Shown: one piece after another, positions 43,401 to 61,200 of the stretch
Numbering within the stretch: the first letter of the stretch is position 1
Layout: each line of letters opens with the position of its first letter
DNA from: the human T2T-CHM13v2.0 reference genome, Homo sapiens
Reading direction: 5' to 3' (one strand)
NCBI RefSeq assembly: GCF_009914755.1
Contig: NC_060936.1
Length of the DNA: 64,000 nt
Translations under genes and position numbers: made by a program
The notes under the pieces: model-generated
Databases searched by the model: none
What the model saw: only the letters and a program-made list of their open reading frames with translations
Told to the model about the DNA's origin: nothing

Positions 43401-44486
43401 AGGACACTTGGTTTTCTTTTGAAGGGCAGAGTACACAGGGAAGAACTCTAAGTAAACCCTGCCCTCGGCAAGCAGAGGTCAGAAGGTGCTCTGTGGGCAC
43501 CGAGCAGTATTCGGGATCTGCAGCTAGACCAGGCCTGCCATGAGAAGTTGAGTTTATGGTTTATTATTCCTCATTCCCTTAACATTTTTACAGTGCATTT
43601 TAGAGTGCAAGGGGCTTTTACATCCATTATTTCCTTTAACCCAGGGGAAGTTCACTGGGTAATACAGAAAGCCTGGAGCTGGAGTTTTGGTCTTAGGTTC
43701 ATTGTGACCTTGGGAAAGTCCCTCGATTTCTGAACTTCAGTTTCTTCTGAAAATACAGTTGTGCCAGCTTTAGCTCCCTCGCAGAATAGATGATGGCATG
43801 ACATGGATGCGGAAGCATCTGGTAATGTTTTGAACTGCACAGAGCTGAGTGTCCTGACCATCAAAGCCAGAGCTGGAGTAAGTGATCAGATGTGTCGGGG
43901 AGGAGAGGGGTGCCAATCACAGACTGCAGAGCTGGCTCAGATGTGGACTGCCTAGGAATGGAAATCTTTGGCTGTACAGTCTGGCATTAAACCTGGGGAC
44001 TGTTATGTGCCAGGCACCGTGTGCAAATCACTGCAAAATCCCCTTCAGCTACATGCATGGACATGTTAACTCTTAACACATGTACCTAACAATTCACAAT
44101 TTCATCTCCCAGAAGGTGGAAGATGCATTGAGGAGCATTGCTAATTTGCACTCAAATCTGACAAATGAGGAATTGTCTGGAAAAGTAGAAATGATAGCAG
44201 AGGGTGAGAATAAAAACATGATTTTAGGATTGGGGAAGGGAAATGAGAGACAAGAACAGATGTGTTTTCTTGACTTAAGACAAATTTTTAAAATGTAGGG
44301 AAAAGTATTTATGATCTCATGATCTGAATGCTGAGACACAACTCAGAGTCATTTGGGCTGCTCTTGAAAATGAAATCCTGACTTATCAACTGCATATGAC
44401 CCTTATTGGAATAAGAAGGAAGGGAGACAACTAAAGAAACTGATGAGGCGATATTGGGGATATTCTCTGATTAGCTCAATTTTTAA

Positions 44487-44864
<378 letters not shown>

Positions 44865-45479
44865 TAATAGAGAATGAGAAATAAGAAAGAAAAAAGGAAA
44901 AGGAGACAGGGAATATCACCTACAATTTTACTGAGTGTCAATTCTTTGAATATTTTTACGTTTCATTGTATTTTTCTATGCATTGAGATTATTACATATG
45001 TACACATACTATTTTTCAATATGAATACATACTCTTCATCATGTTACTGGCTGCATTAATTTTCTATCATAGATATTGTCAGTAACTATTACTTATTTCC
45101 TTATTGCTGTTCCTAGTTTTTCATTATTAAAAATAACACTGCAATAGACATCTTTGTGCATGAAAGATTCTTCCACATACTAAGTTATTTCTTTAAGGTA
45201 GATTCTGAGAAGTTAACATTTACAGGGTTCTTAAAATATCACTAAGTTGTTTGCCAGAGAGATGATGCCAATTTATCTTCTCACTGTTTTGTGAGTACCA
45301 GTCTAATGAGCTCCGATTTTTAAAAAGATGTATATAATGGATGAAAAAGCAACTTAATGAAAAGAAACATATAAAGGAGAGTTTCTGAGCTCTAGAATTT
45401 TAAAACGTAAGTGAGCTGAAAACCATGGAATACGCTTAAGAAAACAATAAATGTGGGCAGCAGGATAAGAATAAGCATG

Positions 45480-46430
45480 ATGTCAGCCTGCTGATGGGGT
45501 TGGATGGGGTAACATCAGCAAATGGCAAAGAAACCAAAACTGTTCAACTTCTTTCTCTCTCCCATGAAGGAGAATGATTGTCAGACTGAAACAGGTAGTG
45601 CAAACATTGACAGAAGGGAATTGAAGCCTGAGATGGGTGAATTGATTGTAAAAGCAAACTAAGTTCTGAATAAATGCAAGGCTCTTGGCCCGGACAAATG
45701 ACATCCCAGGGTCGAGAACTCAGAGGGGTGAAAGATAAGCCACTGGCAGTGATCCTTCAGGGTTGTGGGAAATGGAAGCTGTACTAAAAGAATAGGAACT
45801 GTTGGTAACCTGATTTTAGGAAGAGAAGCTGGGGAAAATGTGGGTACGAAATAAAACAGCTAACCTGATGGAACTTCCAGATAAAATTCAGGACAGATTT
45901 TCAAACATACATGTTACGAGTGGAAGACATTATCACTTTGGAGCCAGCCATCTGCTCCTCATCCTCTCTCCTCATCTTCTTTAATAAGGTTGCTCTAAGT
46001 GTTGTAGTTGCTGTATTTCAGGATATCAGGAAGGCGTTTCGTTGAATTTCTGATGTTGCTTTCATGGATGAGCTTGGAAAATGTCCAAAAACCAGAGTAT
46101 TTAGATGGATTGATCATTGAACAACTCTTCCCAAAAGGAGTCAATAACTTGATCAGTATCCGTCCAAAAGGAGGTGACTGGTGTGTCACCAGGGTACTCC
46201 CATCTCAGCCCTATACGATCTGCACTTTGTCAGTAACCTGTGGAGGTGACAGATGCTTAGCAAAGCCACAGATGACGTGAAATTACAGAGTATAGATGCT
46301 AGAAATCGATGGAAATCTGGAGAAGACTGCAGCAGGCTGGGATGATGGTTAAAAATAATAAGATAAAATGTAATATCAATTAATATACATTCTTACAGTT
46401 GGGTTCCAAGTGCTAGCTATATATGTTCAG
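45480..46430 (+). mobile_element. CR1/L3 LINE relic (likely continuing near 47290-47510)
   Basis: GCCCGGACAAATGACATCCCAGGGT...AAGCCACTGGCAGTGATCCTT; degenerate CR1 RT-region text. Confidence 0.5.
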
Positions 46431-46834
46431 GTAGGGTGAGATTATAAAGGTGATTATAACAATAACAGTACAAAAGCAATAGCTAATGTTTTTTAAGTGA
46501 TTGCTCTATGCCAGATATTGGCCTGTGTGTTTCATATCATCATCATGTGTATAATTTTACTCTACACTAGTTTTATGTCATCTGAAAATTGTATAAGTAC
46601 ATTATCTATGATTCAATGATATTTAATTCACAGGATGAAAGTTGTCCTCATTTTTCAGTTGACACCAGCAAGACACAGAGAGGTTAAGTAACTTGTACAA
46701 GGTCACACAGCTGGGAAATAGAGGTTCCATGCTTGTGCTCAGTGCCTGCATGCTGAACTACCGTGAAACTTTTTCTTTTTAAAATTTAGTCATAAATTTA
46801 ATTTGATATCCTGCCAAAACACCAAATAAGCTTA

Positions 46835-47070
46835 GAGAGTTAGGTAGTTTTTAACGTGGGCTCGGAGCCAGGTCACCTGGATTCAAATGTCAGCTCTTCC
46901 ATTTCCTGGCTGAGTGACTTTGGGCAAGTCGTTTAACTTCCCTGTGTTCTAGTTTTCTCCTCCATAAATGGGGATCATTCCTGTCTTACAGGATTGCTGC
47001 AGGGATTAAATGAGTTACATATGCAAAGCATTTAGAATGACTCCTGGCACATAGCAATCACTTGCTTACA
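46835..47070 (+). mobile_element. MIR
   Basis: GGAGCCAGG...GATTCAAAT...GTGACTTTGGGCAAGTC...CATAAATGGGGAT...CCTGGCACATAG. Confidence 0.8.
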
Positions 47071-49127
47071 AGTAAGTGCATTGCTGTTATTAGGCTACAC
47101 AAAAAGCACTATGGTGGGGTGTTAAGAGTTGACACTGTAGAGCTAGACCACCTGGATCTCTGTCATGGCACCACCACTTCCATCTCTGTGTGCTACAGTT
47201 TTCTCATCTGTAAAAAAAGAATAATAATCATTGCAGTGATAAGATTCAGTGTAAATGTTCAGTAATTGCTAGCTGTTACTATCAATAGAAGTATATTGTC
47301 CAGAGAAAGAAAAATGCTAGTCCTGTTCCTACTGCTGCGTTTAGGAATTGAAGCCACATAGATCTCTGGAGGAGGCAGGCAGGTTGGTAAGGGTCTACAA
47401 ACTGCAGTGGAGGAGTTATCTTTGGACCAATTAAGGACGTTTCATCTGGAGGCAAAATGACTAAGCAAGGACGTGATAACTGTCCTCACTGTGTTGAGGG
47501 TTACAAAATTGGTGTGGGTCATTGAATCAAGTTATGAGACAACATGGGATGTTGGGAAAAGTCAGGGGATCAGGGGCAGGTTGATCCTGAGTCAGTCTCT
47601 TAACTTCCAGGCTTCAGCTTCCATCTTTCACATTTTATGATTCTGTCTCCAGCACGTAGAACCTAGAGCAAATTCCTGTTTATACAGAAAGTTTGGATAA
47701 AGAGTGGTTTTGCTGAATGGCTACTGTAGCAGAAAAGCTTGAACTGAGTGTTGCTCAAATCAATAAAATCACCTGATGACTAAGCCCTGTTTTCTATTAA
47801 ACTGAAAAGAGAATGCAACAGACTTCACTGGGCTTTTGTGAGAATTACATGAGGTAATATGTATGAAAGCACCTTATCAACTCTGAAGTACTACCCCGAT
47901 GCAAGCAGTTATGTTGATTATTGCCATAGCTAGATTATAACTTTTCCAAGAATTAGAATATAATGAAACACACTTAAGCATTAATCTGTCTTCTGTGATT
48001 CAGAAGATCCTTCAGGAAGTTACAAAATCTCAGGGTCATGGCCATGGGCATGGAGTAATTCTGTAGAAAAAGATCCTGGCTGTAAGGTATTCTTTGGTTT
48101 TTTGGATTCAAATTAAATAGGAGCATATTGACTACATGAAACCCTGAAGGGAATAGAGATCACATACTCTAAGCCCGTCATTGTACAGATGAAGTCACTG
48201 AGCCACAGAGAAGCTGAGTGGCCTGCCCAGAATCAAATGTTAATTCATGGCAGATCTGGGAATAAAATCCAGGCTCCTGTCTCCCAACATGTTTGTCATC
48301 ATTAGTTTAAGAACATCTCAGAAAGTCTGAAACAGGGTCAAAATGTACTGATGAATGTGGCTGCCCATTAAAGCATGGAATTGAAGAAATATTAGAAGTA
48401 AGTTTAAGGGCCTGGGTGTGTCACTGAAGGATATGACACAATATACTGGACCTACTCGGGAGAGGGGAGAAGTACAGTAGAATTTTTAGTAACTTTCTTA
48501 ATCACAGCAGTTCACTTTCTCTGTACAAAATTCTTTTCAAATATTCTCTGAAACTAATTGGCATTAAAAATGCTGATCTTAGTAAATGGCCCTCAAGAGG
48601 CACGCTATGCGCACAGGGAATAGTATAATATAGGTGCAGAGTAATGGTCTCTCTCCTTCTCTCCTTTTTTTCCTTTTCCTAATGATCATTAACATCTATA
48701 TTCTTTGACTTTGTTGAATTAAAGTTGCAAGAGATGGCCGTAAATAAAGCAAGTTATGTATGTGCCTCCCTCATTCTGCCCATGCAGCTTCTGTTCCATT
48801 TGCAGCTGTGAGCCGTGTAAGACTCTCAAGACCAAGCACCCATGAGTGCCTGGGAGCAAGTAGCCTGTGAAGGGAGGACTTTATTCCTGGATGCATTAAA
48901 AGCAGAGTCCCACCTACACCTCCCTCCTCTTCCCATTTATAAATCTACTTCTCCAGGGATCTACAGATTTTTTGGCTATATTTTTAGTCTGTTGATAATT
49001 TGAGAAAGTCTCCAAGGATCTAAGTCTTGGATGGGTAGGAGTCAATTCACTCAGTCTTTTTTGAATCCCTAATGGATGTTCAAAACCAGTCTCAATTCTG
49101 GATCTGGATGGGACATGCATGTCGAAG

Positions 49128-49370
49128 TACAGTGTGATGGATAAGAGCACAGATTCTGGAACCAGATTGCCTGGGTTCAGATCTCCGCTTCTGTCATTAC
49201 TAGGGTTATGTGACCTTGGGCAAGTCCCTTAAATGCGTTGGGCCTCAGTTTCCTAATCTGAATCCCTATCATAGGGTTGTGTGAGCATGCAGTTGAATGA
49301 GCTAATATCTATTCATATAAAGTGCTTAGAGCAGTACTAGGTGCATAGTAGTGCTTAGTAAATGACTATT
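49128..49370 (+). mobile_element. MIR
   Basis: AAGAGCACAGATTCTGGAACCAGATTGCCTGGGTTC...TGTGACCTTGGGCAAGT...GCCTCAGTTTCCT. Confidence 0.85.
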
Positions 49371-51119
49371 AAGTAAATTAAATCAGCCTGATTAGAATTG
49401 CCTCCAGGTGCAAGGCTCTATCCCATTTAGACACGCTAACACACAAGGTCTTAAGGGCTTTAGGTTTAAGGAAAAGGGGCTTTTTCCCCCCTCAATTCTA
49501 CACCACAACCTTTTTATTCTATTGAATTACAAAGGAAATAACAGTGGGACTTGACTTTGAACACCAAAGTTTATCCAGCCTCTTTCCAGCTCGGTGAACG
49601 TGTCCACCTACTTCACTCTTTATGCTAAAGGAAGAGCAGCGACGCTGATAAATGTATTGAGTGGCCTCGAGCAGGTGGCTTGCTCTGTCAAGATCACTTT
49701 TGTATGACTGCTGGGATCACCACAGTCTCCCCTGTAACTTGCTGGGTTCCTCTTGTACATAAGCCGAGGGCATTTGCATCGGTTCCTGGTGAGGGGGTTT
49801 CCACACGGTGGCCCTGGTTGCTTCAGGGGCTGGGCTGTGGGAGACATTAATGGGAAGTGAAAAGAGAAACTGTTGTGCTTAACCGGCAGAGCTGTTTGGA
49901 GTGTGACTCTTCTTGTATTTAGGGAAAAGATTACTCATGAGTATTTTCTTCCATAGAATATAAAGAACCTCAAATTACTACTTGCATCCCCCACCCCCTT
50001 CTCACCCACCTCCCTCCGTTGCAGCGTGTCCTCTGCAGAAACTTCAGCATTTTACTCTCAATTCCCCTCCCAAGCAGGATTCAGTTCTGTATTTGCTTTG
50101 GGGCCCATGTTTCCAATAAGCCACCCTGTACTTTTTCCTGTTTCTGCCTGAGCATCTTCTGCTCACTGGACCTCTCACCTCCAGGCACCTTCCTAGGCCT
50201 GAGGAACCAGACCTTCACATGTGTCCCCTAATGGGAACTCCCTGTGTGAAGGAGAGGAAGGTCCATAATAACAAATCGCAGCGCCATTCTTGTTCAAAGG
50301 TGACACCATTGACAGTAAGGAGTTAGGTTTAAGGTTTTTACCAGTTCAAAAACTGAGATTTTGCTGAGTAACCCTCACTGCCACTCCCACCTCCCTGTGA
50401 TTCTAGATACGTGTTTTCAAGGTCATTGGAGAGAGCTGGTACTTCCCATATCCATGGACTGTTTTTAATAGGCATCACTTTCTGGCCAGTCAGGAGTCAA
50501 AAACAAAAACTTTTAGTGGCTGTATTTTATTCTAAAGATCATAAAGCAGTAATGCACCATAAATTATTATTTGAAATTCTAATTTGTTTCCATGTGAAAA
50601 AAAAATTATCCTAAAAACACCAAGAAAAAAGCTCTTAAATGCTCATCTCTAATGATTTCCAGTGCCCAGTAGTTCTTTTTTTGGTGCACTACAAAAAAGG
50701 AATTTTGGTTTTGAGGGGACTTCCACAGGTTTAGAGGAAGCCAACTACCATTCCTCAAAACTACACTTTGCAAAGGAGCCACTTGGAAGACAATCATGCC
50801 CAGAGGCCCTGGACATTTTCCAGGGCATTTGAGCCGTTTGTTCCCCACTTCAGCAGGTAGGAAGAGCAGCCCCATATAGCAAACCAGATTGTTCTTTGGC
50901 ATGCCTGGTTTAGGATGAAAGGTAATTTTTTCCAGGATCAAACTGAGGGACACTTTTATAACACACTTGTGAAGTCTTCGTAGCAAGTTTAAGTAACTTA
51001 TAGTGAGAGACGGAAGCTCCTCTTAGCAACACTGATGCCATTGCTCTGTTTGAGCTATTGATTCACACCATGTGATTTTAGAGAATGAAGATCCATTGAA
51101 CATCCAGCTTCTTCTGACC

Positions 51120-51613
51120 CAGCAGTTCTTAAATTTGGTCTCATGTCTCCTTTTGATTCTTAAAAATTAATGGAGACCCCAAAGAGCTTTTGCTTATATG
51201 GGTTATAGTTATCTGTAGTTACCATATTATTACATAAATTAAACCTGGGTATTTACAAAATATTTATGAATTTAGCAAGTAAAATAGCCAACTCTATATT
51301 AATGCAAACATATTTTAAAATATATTTTCCCAAACCAAAAATAATTTGTGAGAAGAGTAGCATTGTTACACATTTTTGAAAGTCTCTTAAAATCTGGCTT
51401 AATGGAAGATGGCTGGACGCTCATCTCTGTTTCTGCATTCAATCTGTTGCAAGATCACATCATATGCCTTCTAGAACATTCCACCTAAGAAAGAATGAGA
51501 GCGAAAAAGGCAAATAATTAATATTGTTATGACAAGATGTTTTACTTCATAGGCACCCTACAAAGGTCTCGGGAACCCTGATGGGTCCCAAGATCACATT
51601 TTGAGAACCACTG
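51120..51613. mobile_element. hAT-Charlie family element (MER119/Charlie4-like)
   Basis: TIRs CAGCAGTTCTTAAA / TTTGAGAACCACTG; internal GACCCCAAAGAGCTTTTG and TTCTGCATTCAATCTGTTGC. Confidence 0.7.
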
Positions 51614-52389
51614 TTCTAACTTATCAAAGATTTCTCACAACAGCAAAATAAAATAAAACTATAGACTTACAGTCAGGCTCCCAGAGAGCCAACCTGAGCC
51701 AACCTCTCAGCCCCTGCTCTGTACCCCCCTCCTGCCCACTTGGTTCCTACTCAGAGTTCAAGTACCACCCCACCAGGAAGCTCTAATGTCAGTGAGTAGA
51801 ATAAAAAGGCAGAAGACCTTTTATCCTTACTTTGCCCTCTTATTGCCAGAGGCCAGCCTGATGGTTTCCCAGAGGCTGAGTGAATTGCTCTTCCTGGAAG
51901 AAGTTTCAGGGAACATTTCATTATTTGGCAGCTCTGGAAGGTCAAGCTCAGCTCTGGAACATTCTTTCTTCAGAAGGACGCTGGGCTGCAATCAGATCAG
52001 CTCTGAATCTGAGGACCCTCCAACCACACTGACACGTGTCATAGTTCTGAGCCCCTGTGGGTGCTGTGGGCACCCTGGAACAGCCCCTGGAACTGGGCAA
52101 GGAAGGGCAGGTCTCTAAGACCTACCATCCCTTAAACACATAAAAGATCTTTTTCTCATTTTGCCTCTAAATAAAAAGTTAATCTGACAGCACACCCCAG
52201 AGTAGGGTTTGGTGTACAAACTGCTCCCTGGACTCCTCTTGGAGGCTGCTTCTGGGCTTCGAGAAGCCCCCAGTGGGGCGGCTCAAACAAGGGCTGGAGA
52301 GGGGACTCAGAGTTGAACATAAGGGCTCTTGAGATGTGGAGACTCATTTTGTTAACTATTCAGAGACCTTCTCCCTTTATTCCAGCTGT

Positions 52390-52705
<316 letters not shown>

Positions 52706-52900
52706 TGAGTCATCACAAGGAAGGGATGACGATGGAAGGAAGTTGAAGGAAGATTATGCTAGCATGAGCCAGTTTGAGGGAAGAAGAGGAAGTGTTTACA
52801 GACCAAGGGGGAGAATTTTAAGTTTAGGAGAGGAACCCAGTTTAGTCCTACGTACACTGGAACTTAAGGGCTCTAACTGTGCCACTAAGAAGAAAAAGAA

Positions 52901-53389
<489 letters not shown>

Positions 53390-55103
53390 TCAAGTGGTTT
53401 CCCTTAGAAGTAGGACTCGTTTGAGGTAATGCATCTTGTAGCCTGTAGAAATCCTAAAAAATACAAGCAGAGGTCTCCTCGGGCTCATCTGACTCAGAAA
53501 GCTTGTCTAATTAAGGGCTCCTGATAATGCATTAGAAGATTTCCATTCAGTAACAAGCATCTCTACCTGCAGAGTGTATTGCTCATGTGGATAAGGCTTC
53601 AAAGATTTGTCTCAGTTTCATTTCCTAAACCCTGTGGATATTTAGAAGGTACCTGTCTGGGAACTACATATGTCAAAGGGGAACTGTGGTCTCAGGTTTA
53701 TGCCTCTTGCGGGATTAATTACTGAAGTACTCAAGGCCCTCCTTTTACTGAATCCCACTGCAGACCTCGACTCTGATGTAACTTGACAAAGGGCGAGGAT
53801 CCTGCAGAAGGTCTTGGCATAGTCCCTAACTACGTTCAACCTTTATTTACTCCTGGAGACCTGCCAGAAGTTAATAAACTAACCGTCATGAGGAAACGTC
53901 CCTCATTACAGGAGATGAGATAAAGCCCCAGCACCCGTATCTCCACTGTTCTTCCCAGTTGCCACAGACCGTTTATATGAAGAAATGCTAAAGAAGTTCC
54001 CCAGAAGTAGAGATGTTATTGAAACTTGAAAGTTTATATCTTCAAAATTGAGTAATTTGGAAGGGACACAAACATACCTGAAACATTTTGTCTCATATCA
54101 TCAATTCTGTATGTAATCTCACAATAAGAAAACTATAAAACAACCATGTAAATAAATCAGACTATCCTAAATAGTTCTTTTGAATTTATTACAAAATACT
54201 TCCCTTTTCTATTCCAGTGGAAACTCAGAGATATTATACTCAAAGAGGCAACGTTATATATCTGGAGGAAAAATCCCTACCTCTTTGTGTTCCAATGAAA
54301 CCATTCATGTAAAGCAAGCAAAGGAAAATACAGTGGTGGGTTTTGACTTGATTTGACTTGGACCTTGGGCAAGCTTTCCTCCCAAGTCTCTATAAATTTC
54401 CCCTTCATCCTATCTCAGGTGCACTTTTTTATAGCTGGTTTATTTTCCTCCACAGTGACCTCTTAGCATTATTTGTGAAACTGGGTTCTCTCTGCTCAGA
54501 GCTATGAACAAAGATACGTGAAAATCTGTCCGCAGTTCCTTGCCACTTTGTCGAGTCTTTGTCAGGTGGGCCATGTGGAAGATGGTGCTGCTCTCAAGGA
54601 AGTTACTGTCCAGTTAGAGGCAGGATTGCGTTGATCTAAAAGGCCAAAGAAGGCTGGAGGAGGGAGAGAGCAGAGTAGCACTGGTGTCGGGAGAGAAGGA
54701 ATGGAGTTGGTTTGGACCATGAAGAATGGGTGGGATTGAGTAGGCAGAGGGTAATTGGAACAGCATCACCAAGTATATTTGGGTGATGGTGAGAATGCCC
54801 ACCTGATGAGTAGAAGAGGCAGAAAAGGCAGGAAGCCCTGATAAGCCTGATGCACTAGAATGGATGTGAGGTGCTATATAGATCAGTTAGGAGGTGGCAA
54901 TAGAAATTCATTCCATGAGTATTCACCAAGCAACTCTATGCCAGAGGTACACAGGTACAGGCTAAGGGAGTTCAGAGATTAGAGGGGCCATTTCTAGCTG
55001 GCTTGTCGAACAAACCTCATAGACAAGGTAATGGAGCCTGACTTTGAAAACTTTGAAAGGCAAACAAGAAGGAGATGAGGAAGCATGTTAAGAAGGAGAT
55101 GTA

Positions 55104-55495
<392 letters not shown>

Positions 55496-55708
55496 TCACT
55501 CACCATGCCTCTCCGGCTTGTCTGATTGCCTCCTCACATTTCAAACTGGTGGACTGTCTCCTGGAAGGCTTCTCTTGACTCCCATCCCTACTTCCCTAAT
55601 TCCATTCCACTTTCCTTTCTCCCATCTTGTTCTACCTCCATCTAGGCTAGGTGCTGTTTCTCCTTTATCTTAGAGCATTCTTTCCCTCTGTCATGGCCCT
55701 TGACACAG

Positions 55709-55710
<2 letters not shown>

Positions 55711-55743
<33 letters not shown>
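55711..55743. repeat. (AC)16 microsatellite
   Basis: Direct read. Confidence 0.97.
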
Positions 55744-55745
<2 letters not shown>

Positions 55746-58122
55746 GTTATACATTGTTTGCTGATTGTTTGCTACTCCGGATCCCTCCCCTAGAGTGGAA
55801 AGTTCAATGTGGGCAGTGATTGTGTTCTATTAAGTCGCCAAGTCTCCAGTACCTAACACCAGGGCATGGCTTCCAGGTGGCACTCAACAAATGTAGGTTG
55901 AATGATGACCCGGTTTGAGAGTACCCAGGTTAAGAAGTTTGGGTTTTATTTTACAGGTAATTGGAACCACTGGAAAGTTTTGATCAGGGAAATATGATTG
56001 GAGCTCTCTTTTTGCAACAGACATTTTCCACCAGTGCGTAGGGTAGATTCATTGGCTTACTTAAAGCAGGAAAGCTAGTTAGAGTGTCCTTGCTGTGATC
56101 CTAATGGGAGGCAGTGAAGCCCAGACTGGATCAGTGAGATCAAAATAATACTCAGGCACAAAGTGGCTAGCTAAGATGGGGAGCTGACTTGGAAGTAGTG
56201 GTTAGAGTTCATTTTTAAAGCAAGCAATGCCAGGACATTCAAGAAAACTTGTCCTGATCTGCAGTTGGACATCTAAAACAAGAGGCAGGCCAGGGCTGGG
56301 AATAATAGATGTGAGCATCATACATCGTCTCCATTATGTAGAATTTTATGAGCTGGGGATAAAGATAAATTTATACGGAAGGTAATTTAATTAAGGCACC
56401 CACTAGAAAGCCATGGACAGAATTTCAAGGCGATGCCTGCCAGCAGGGCCTGTAGGAAAACTTACCACAGAACACAGGAGTATTGCGAATGGGTTTATAA
56501 GACAACTAAGTTGGAGTTGAGAAGACCCATCTGATGAAGGGGTCACTCAGCAAGAGGGGGAAGGCCACAGGCATCCTCCTTAGGCAGGGGCAAGATCTAG
56601 ATTGAAAATCCTTTTTATTTTCCAGATGTAACATTTGCCACTGTTTCTTCTGACATGGGCTTTCTCCTTTAGCAGTTTGGTGTAGTGAAAGTCCTCAGGC
56701 CTGGCTTCTTTCTACACCTGGCCCTTCACAAATCACGTCACTTCACTTGGCCTTATTTTCCTCATCCACAAAATGCAGTTCTCACCACATGGATCCTAAG
56801 CTCCCTTCCATTCTTAACAGTTCAGCCCAACTTCAACACTGAAACAGTGTTAAGTTGCTAGCAAACAATGTAGCTTTCTATGCTCTCTATATATGGAAAC
56901 AACATTCTTTAACACAACTCCTCTCCAATGTAGAGAGGAGAGCACTGGACTCAATGAGTTATAATTACCTGGAATACGATTATACCTTAAGTCAAATACA
57001 GTAGACTCCCTGAATGCCATATTCTTTGACCAGCTTAACAAATTTATCGCATCTACTTCCAGGACAAGAATCCTCCATTTTCAACCCCTAGGATAAAGCA
57101 GGGAACATTTGCAGTGTGCTTTAAATAATTATATGGTCTCTAACCAGAAGATTTCAAGGTTGGAGACAAATGGAATATTTTCTTTGGAATAGTCTCCCAG
57201 TTGGAGGATATAACAGATGACAAGTTTATAACATTTGTAAAGTTAAAGAATAAATGGAAGGGATCCCAATTTTATAAAACGTCACCTGGACAGAATAATT
57301 TTACAAAGACCTTGGGCTACTAGATAGTTATCACATTAACTGGTTCTGAAGTGATTTAAATTCAGAGAGGTATTTGAGTACTTGACTACTTTGAGACTCT
57401 GAGAAAACACATTGACAGGAGGGAACAGACAGGTTGGCATTTATATTAACCCTTACTTAGGGTTATCCATTGCATGACATTCAGGTGGAATGGATTTAGG
57501 TACCCATTATTTTCTCCGAACAAGGAAACCCACAAGTTATTATCAATTTAATTCATGTTACACTCACTTGCTATCAATGCTAAAAAAGGGAAAGAAACAT
57601 ATGTTCAGAGTTCCTTCAATTCAGCAAAACTGTATTGGGGATTTGCTAAATATATTGAGGATTTTAGTAGACTAAAATCTGCAGTCTTTTCATATACTAG
57701 AGTGTGATTTTGCAAATTGTTTCTTCCCTTTCCAACCCACCAGAACCTTTGTCTTTGGAAATATGCTTTGCTTATATTTTTCAAATATAGTAAAATTTTC
57801 TTTCAAAGTTAAACTGAAAATACTGGTCTTTACATAGTATTTCTTGAATCAAAATTGGCCTATTAATTTCTATTAAGCAATGGTAGGTTTGCCAGATTGA
57901 AGGGCTGTGTCAACTGGCTATTTTAGAATTAAGTCAGAGCATCCAAGGATATAGGTCACAGAAGGGAAATTGTAGCCATGAAATGTGGGAGTTGTAGCAG
58001 GCATGACCCTTGTCTGAAGACACCAGAGTTGGCTCTTTCTTTACTGTGTCTTTGAGCAAGCCAAAAAAAAAAAAAAAGTGTATCACACATCAGAGAAATG
58101 CTTCGATAGGTCACTTACGTGA

Positions 58123-58431
<309 letters not shown>

Positions 58432-58506
58432 ATCATTTTATTTCTTAGCTCTTTGCCTGTCCCATTTGTGAAATGGAGGTGGGCACCCACCCTGTTGTCA
58501 TATACT

Positions 58507-58615
58507 TGAAAAATGCAAGTTTTAGCAATGTTAAGGTTCTACTTTAAACTTACTAAACTTAAGAAGTTAAAAGTTGGAGAGACCTAGGTAGCCTTGCAGA
58601 TGACGCTAAACATTG
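58507..58615 (+). repeat. Copy 1 of a dispersed ~110-125-bp direct duplication
   Basis: Aligns to 59670-59792. Confidence 0.9.
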
Positions 58616-59013
58616 GTTATACAAGTTGATGTGATGGTAACGTAGGGAAAACCAACTGCACAGTGCTTCCTTTAAACACATACTTATTTCATAAAGTTCT
58701 GTTTTCTCGAGAGCTTATTTTGTTTATCTCACCTTATAGTCCATATCCAGCTGTAATTGTCTTACTGTATCTGTTTTCTAACAGATTTATTCTTGTCTTA
58801 AATATGATACTTAAATTTTCCCACAACCTGTTCCTTTTTTCTCAGGGTCTCTGTGTATAAGACATAAATATTAAACCAAATTTCAAATATTTGTTGCTAA
58901 GTAAAAGACTAATTTATTTTTGTGGTCACAGAAGGCACTCCAGATTAAATTAAAAGGTTAATTCAATTGGCCTGCAAAAATGCACTGAATGGAATGCTTA
59001 GAAACTAGGACCA

Positions 59014-59450
<437 letters not shown>

Positions 59451-59669
59451 TCAAAGGCAGAAAGGGCCCAACAGAGAGAACATTCTGACATATCTAAAAA
59501 GTACCTCTCCCACACCAGGCATACTCTTACTTTAAAAAAAAAAAAATGGCCAGAGGGAATCTGAAGCCTCTGAATAAAAATCAAAGAGAAGAGAGAGCTG
59601 TTTGCAAATTAAAGAATGTGTTACTTAGATAATCTACGTGTAAGGATATGTACATAGCAAATCATCACC

Positions 59670-59792
59670 TGAAAAATGCAGATTTTAACAATGTTAGGGT
59701 TCTACTTTAAACCTGCTAAACTTGAGAAGTTAAAAGTTGCAAAACCCCCTGGGAGAGGCTCTAGGTAGCATTGCAGATGATGCGAAACATTG
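59670..59792 (+). repeat. Copy 2 of a dispersed ~110-125-bp direct duplication
   Basis: Aligns to 58507-58615 with an extra CAAAACCCCCTG segment. Confidence 0.9.
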
Positions 59793-59995
59793 ATTCCAGC
59801 CTTCTGAGAACAAGTAGCGTATAATAAGAACGTTTAAACTAATCATACACTTTCACTGATAATTCTATTCCTAAGCAAATAGCCGAAGGAAACCATCCAA
59901 GAGTGGGCAAAAAAAAAAAGATGCCCTTAACAATTCTATTTATAGTAGTTAAAAACTGGAAATTCCCCAACCACCCCCACTGTGGGACTAGCTAA

Positions 59996-61200
<1,205 letters not shown>

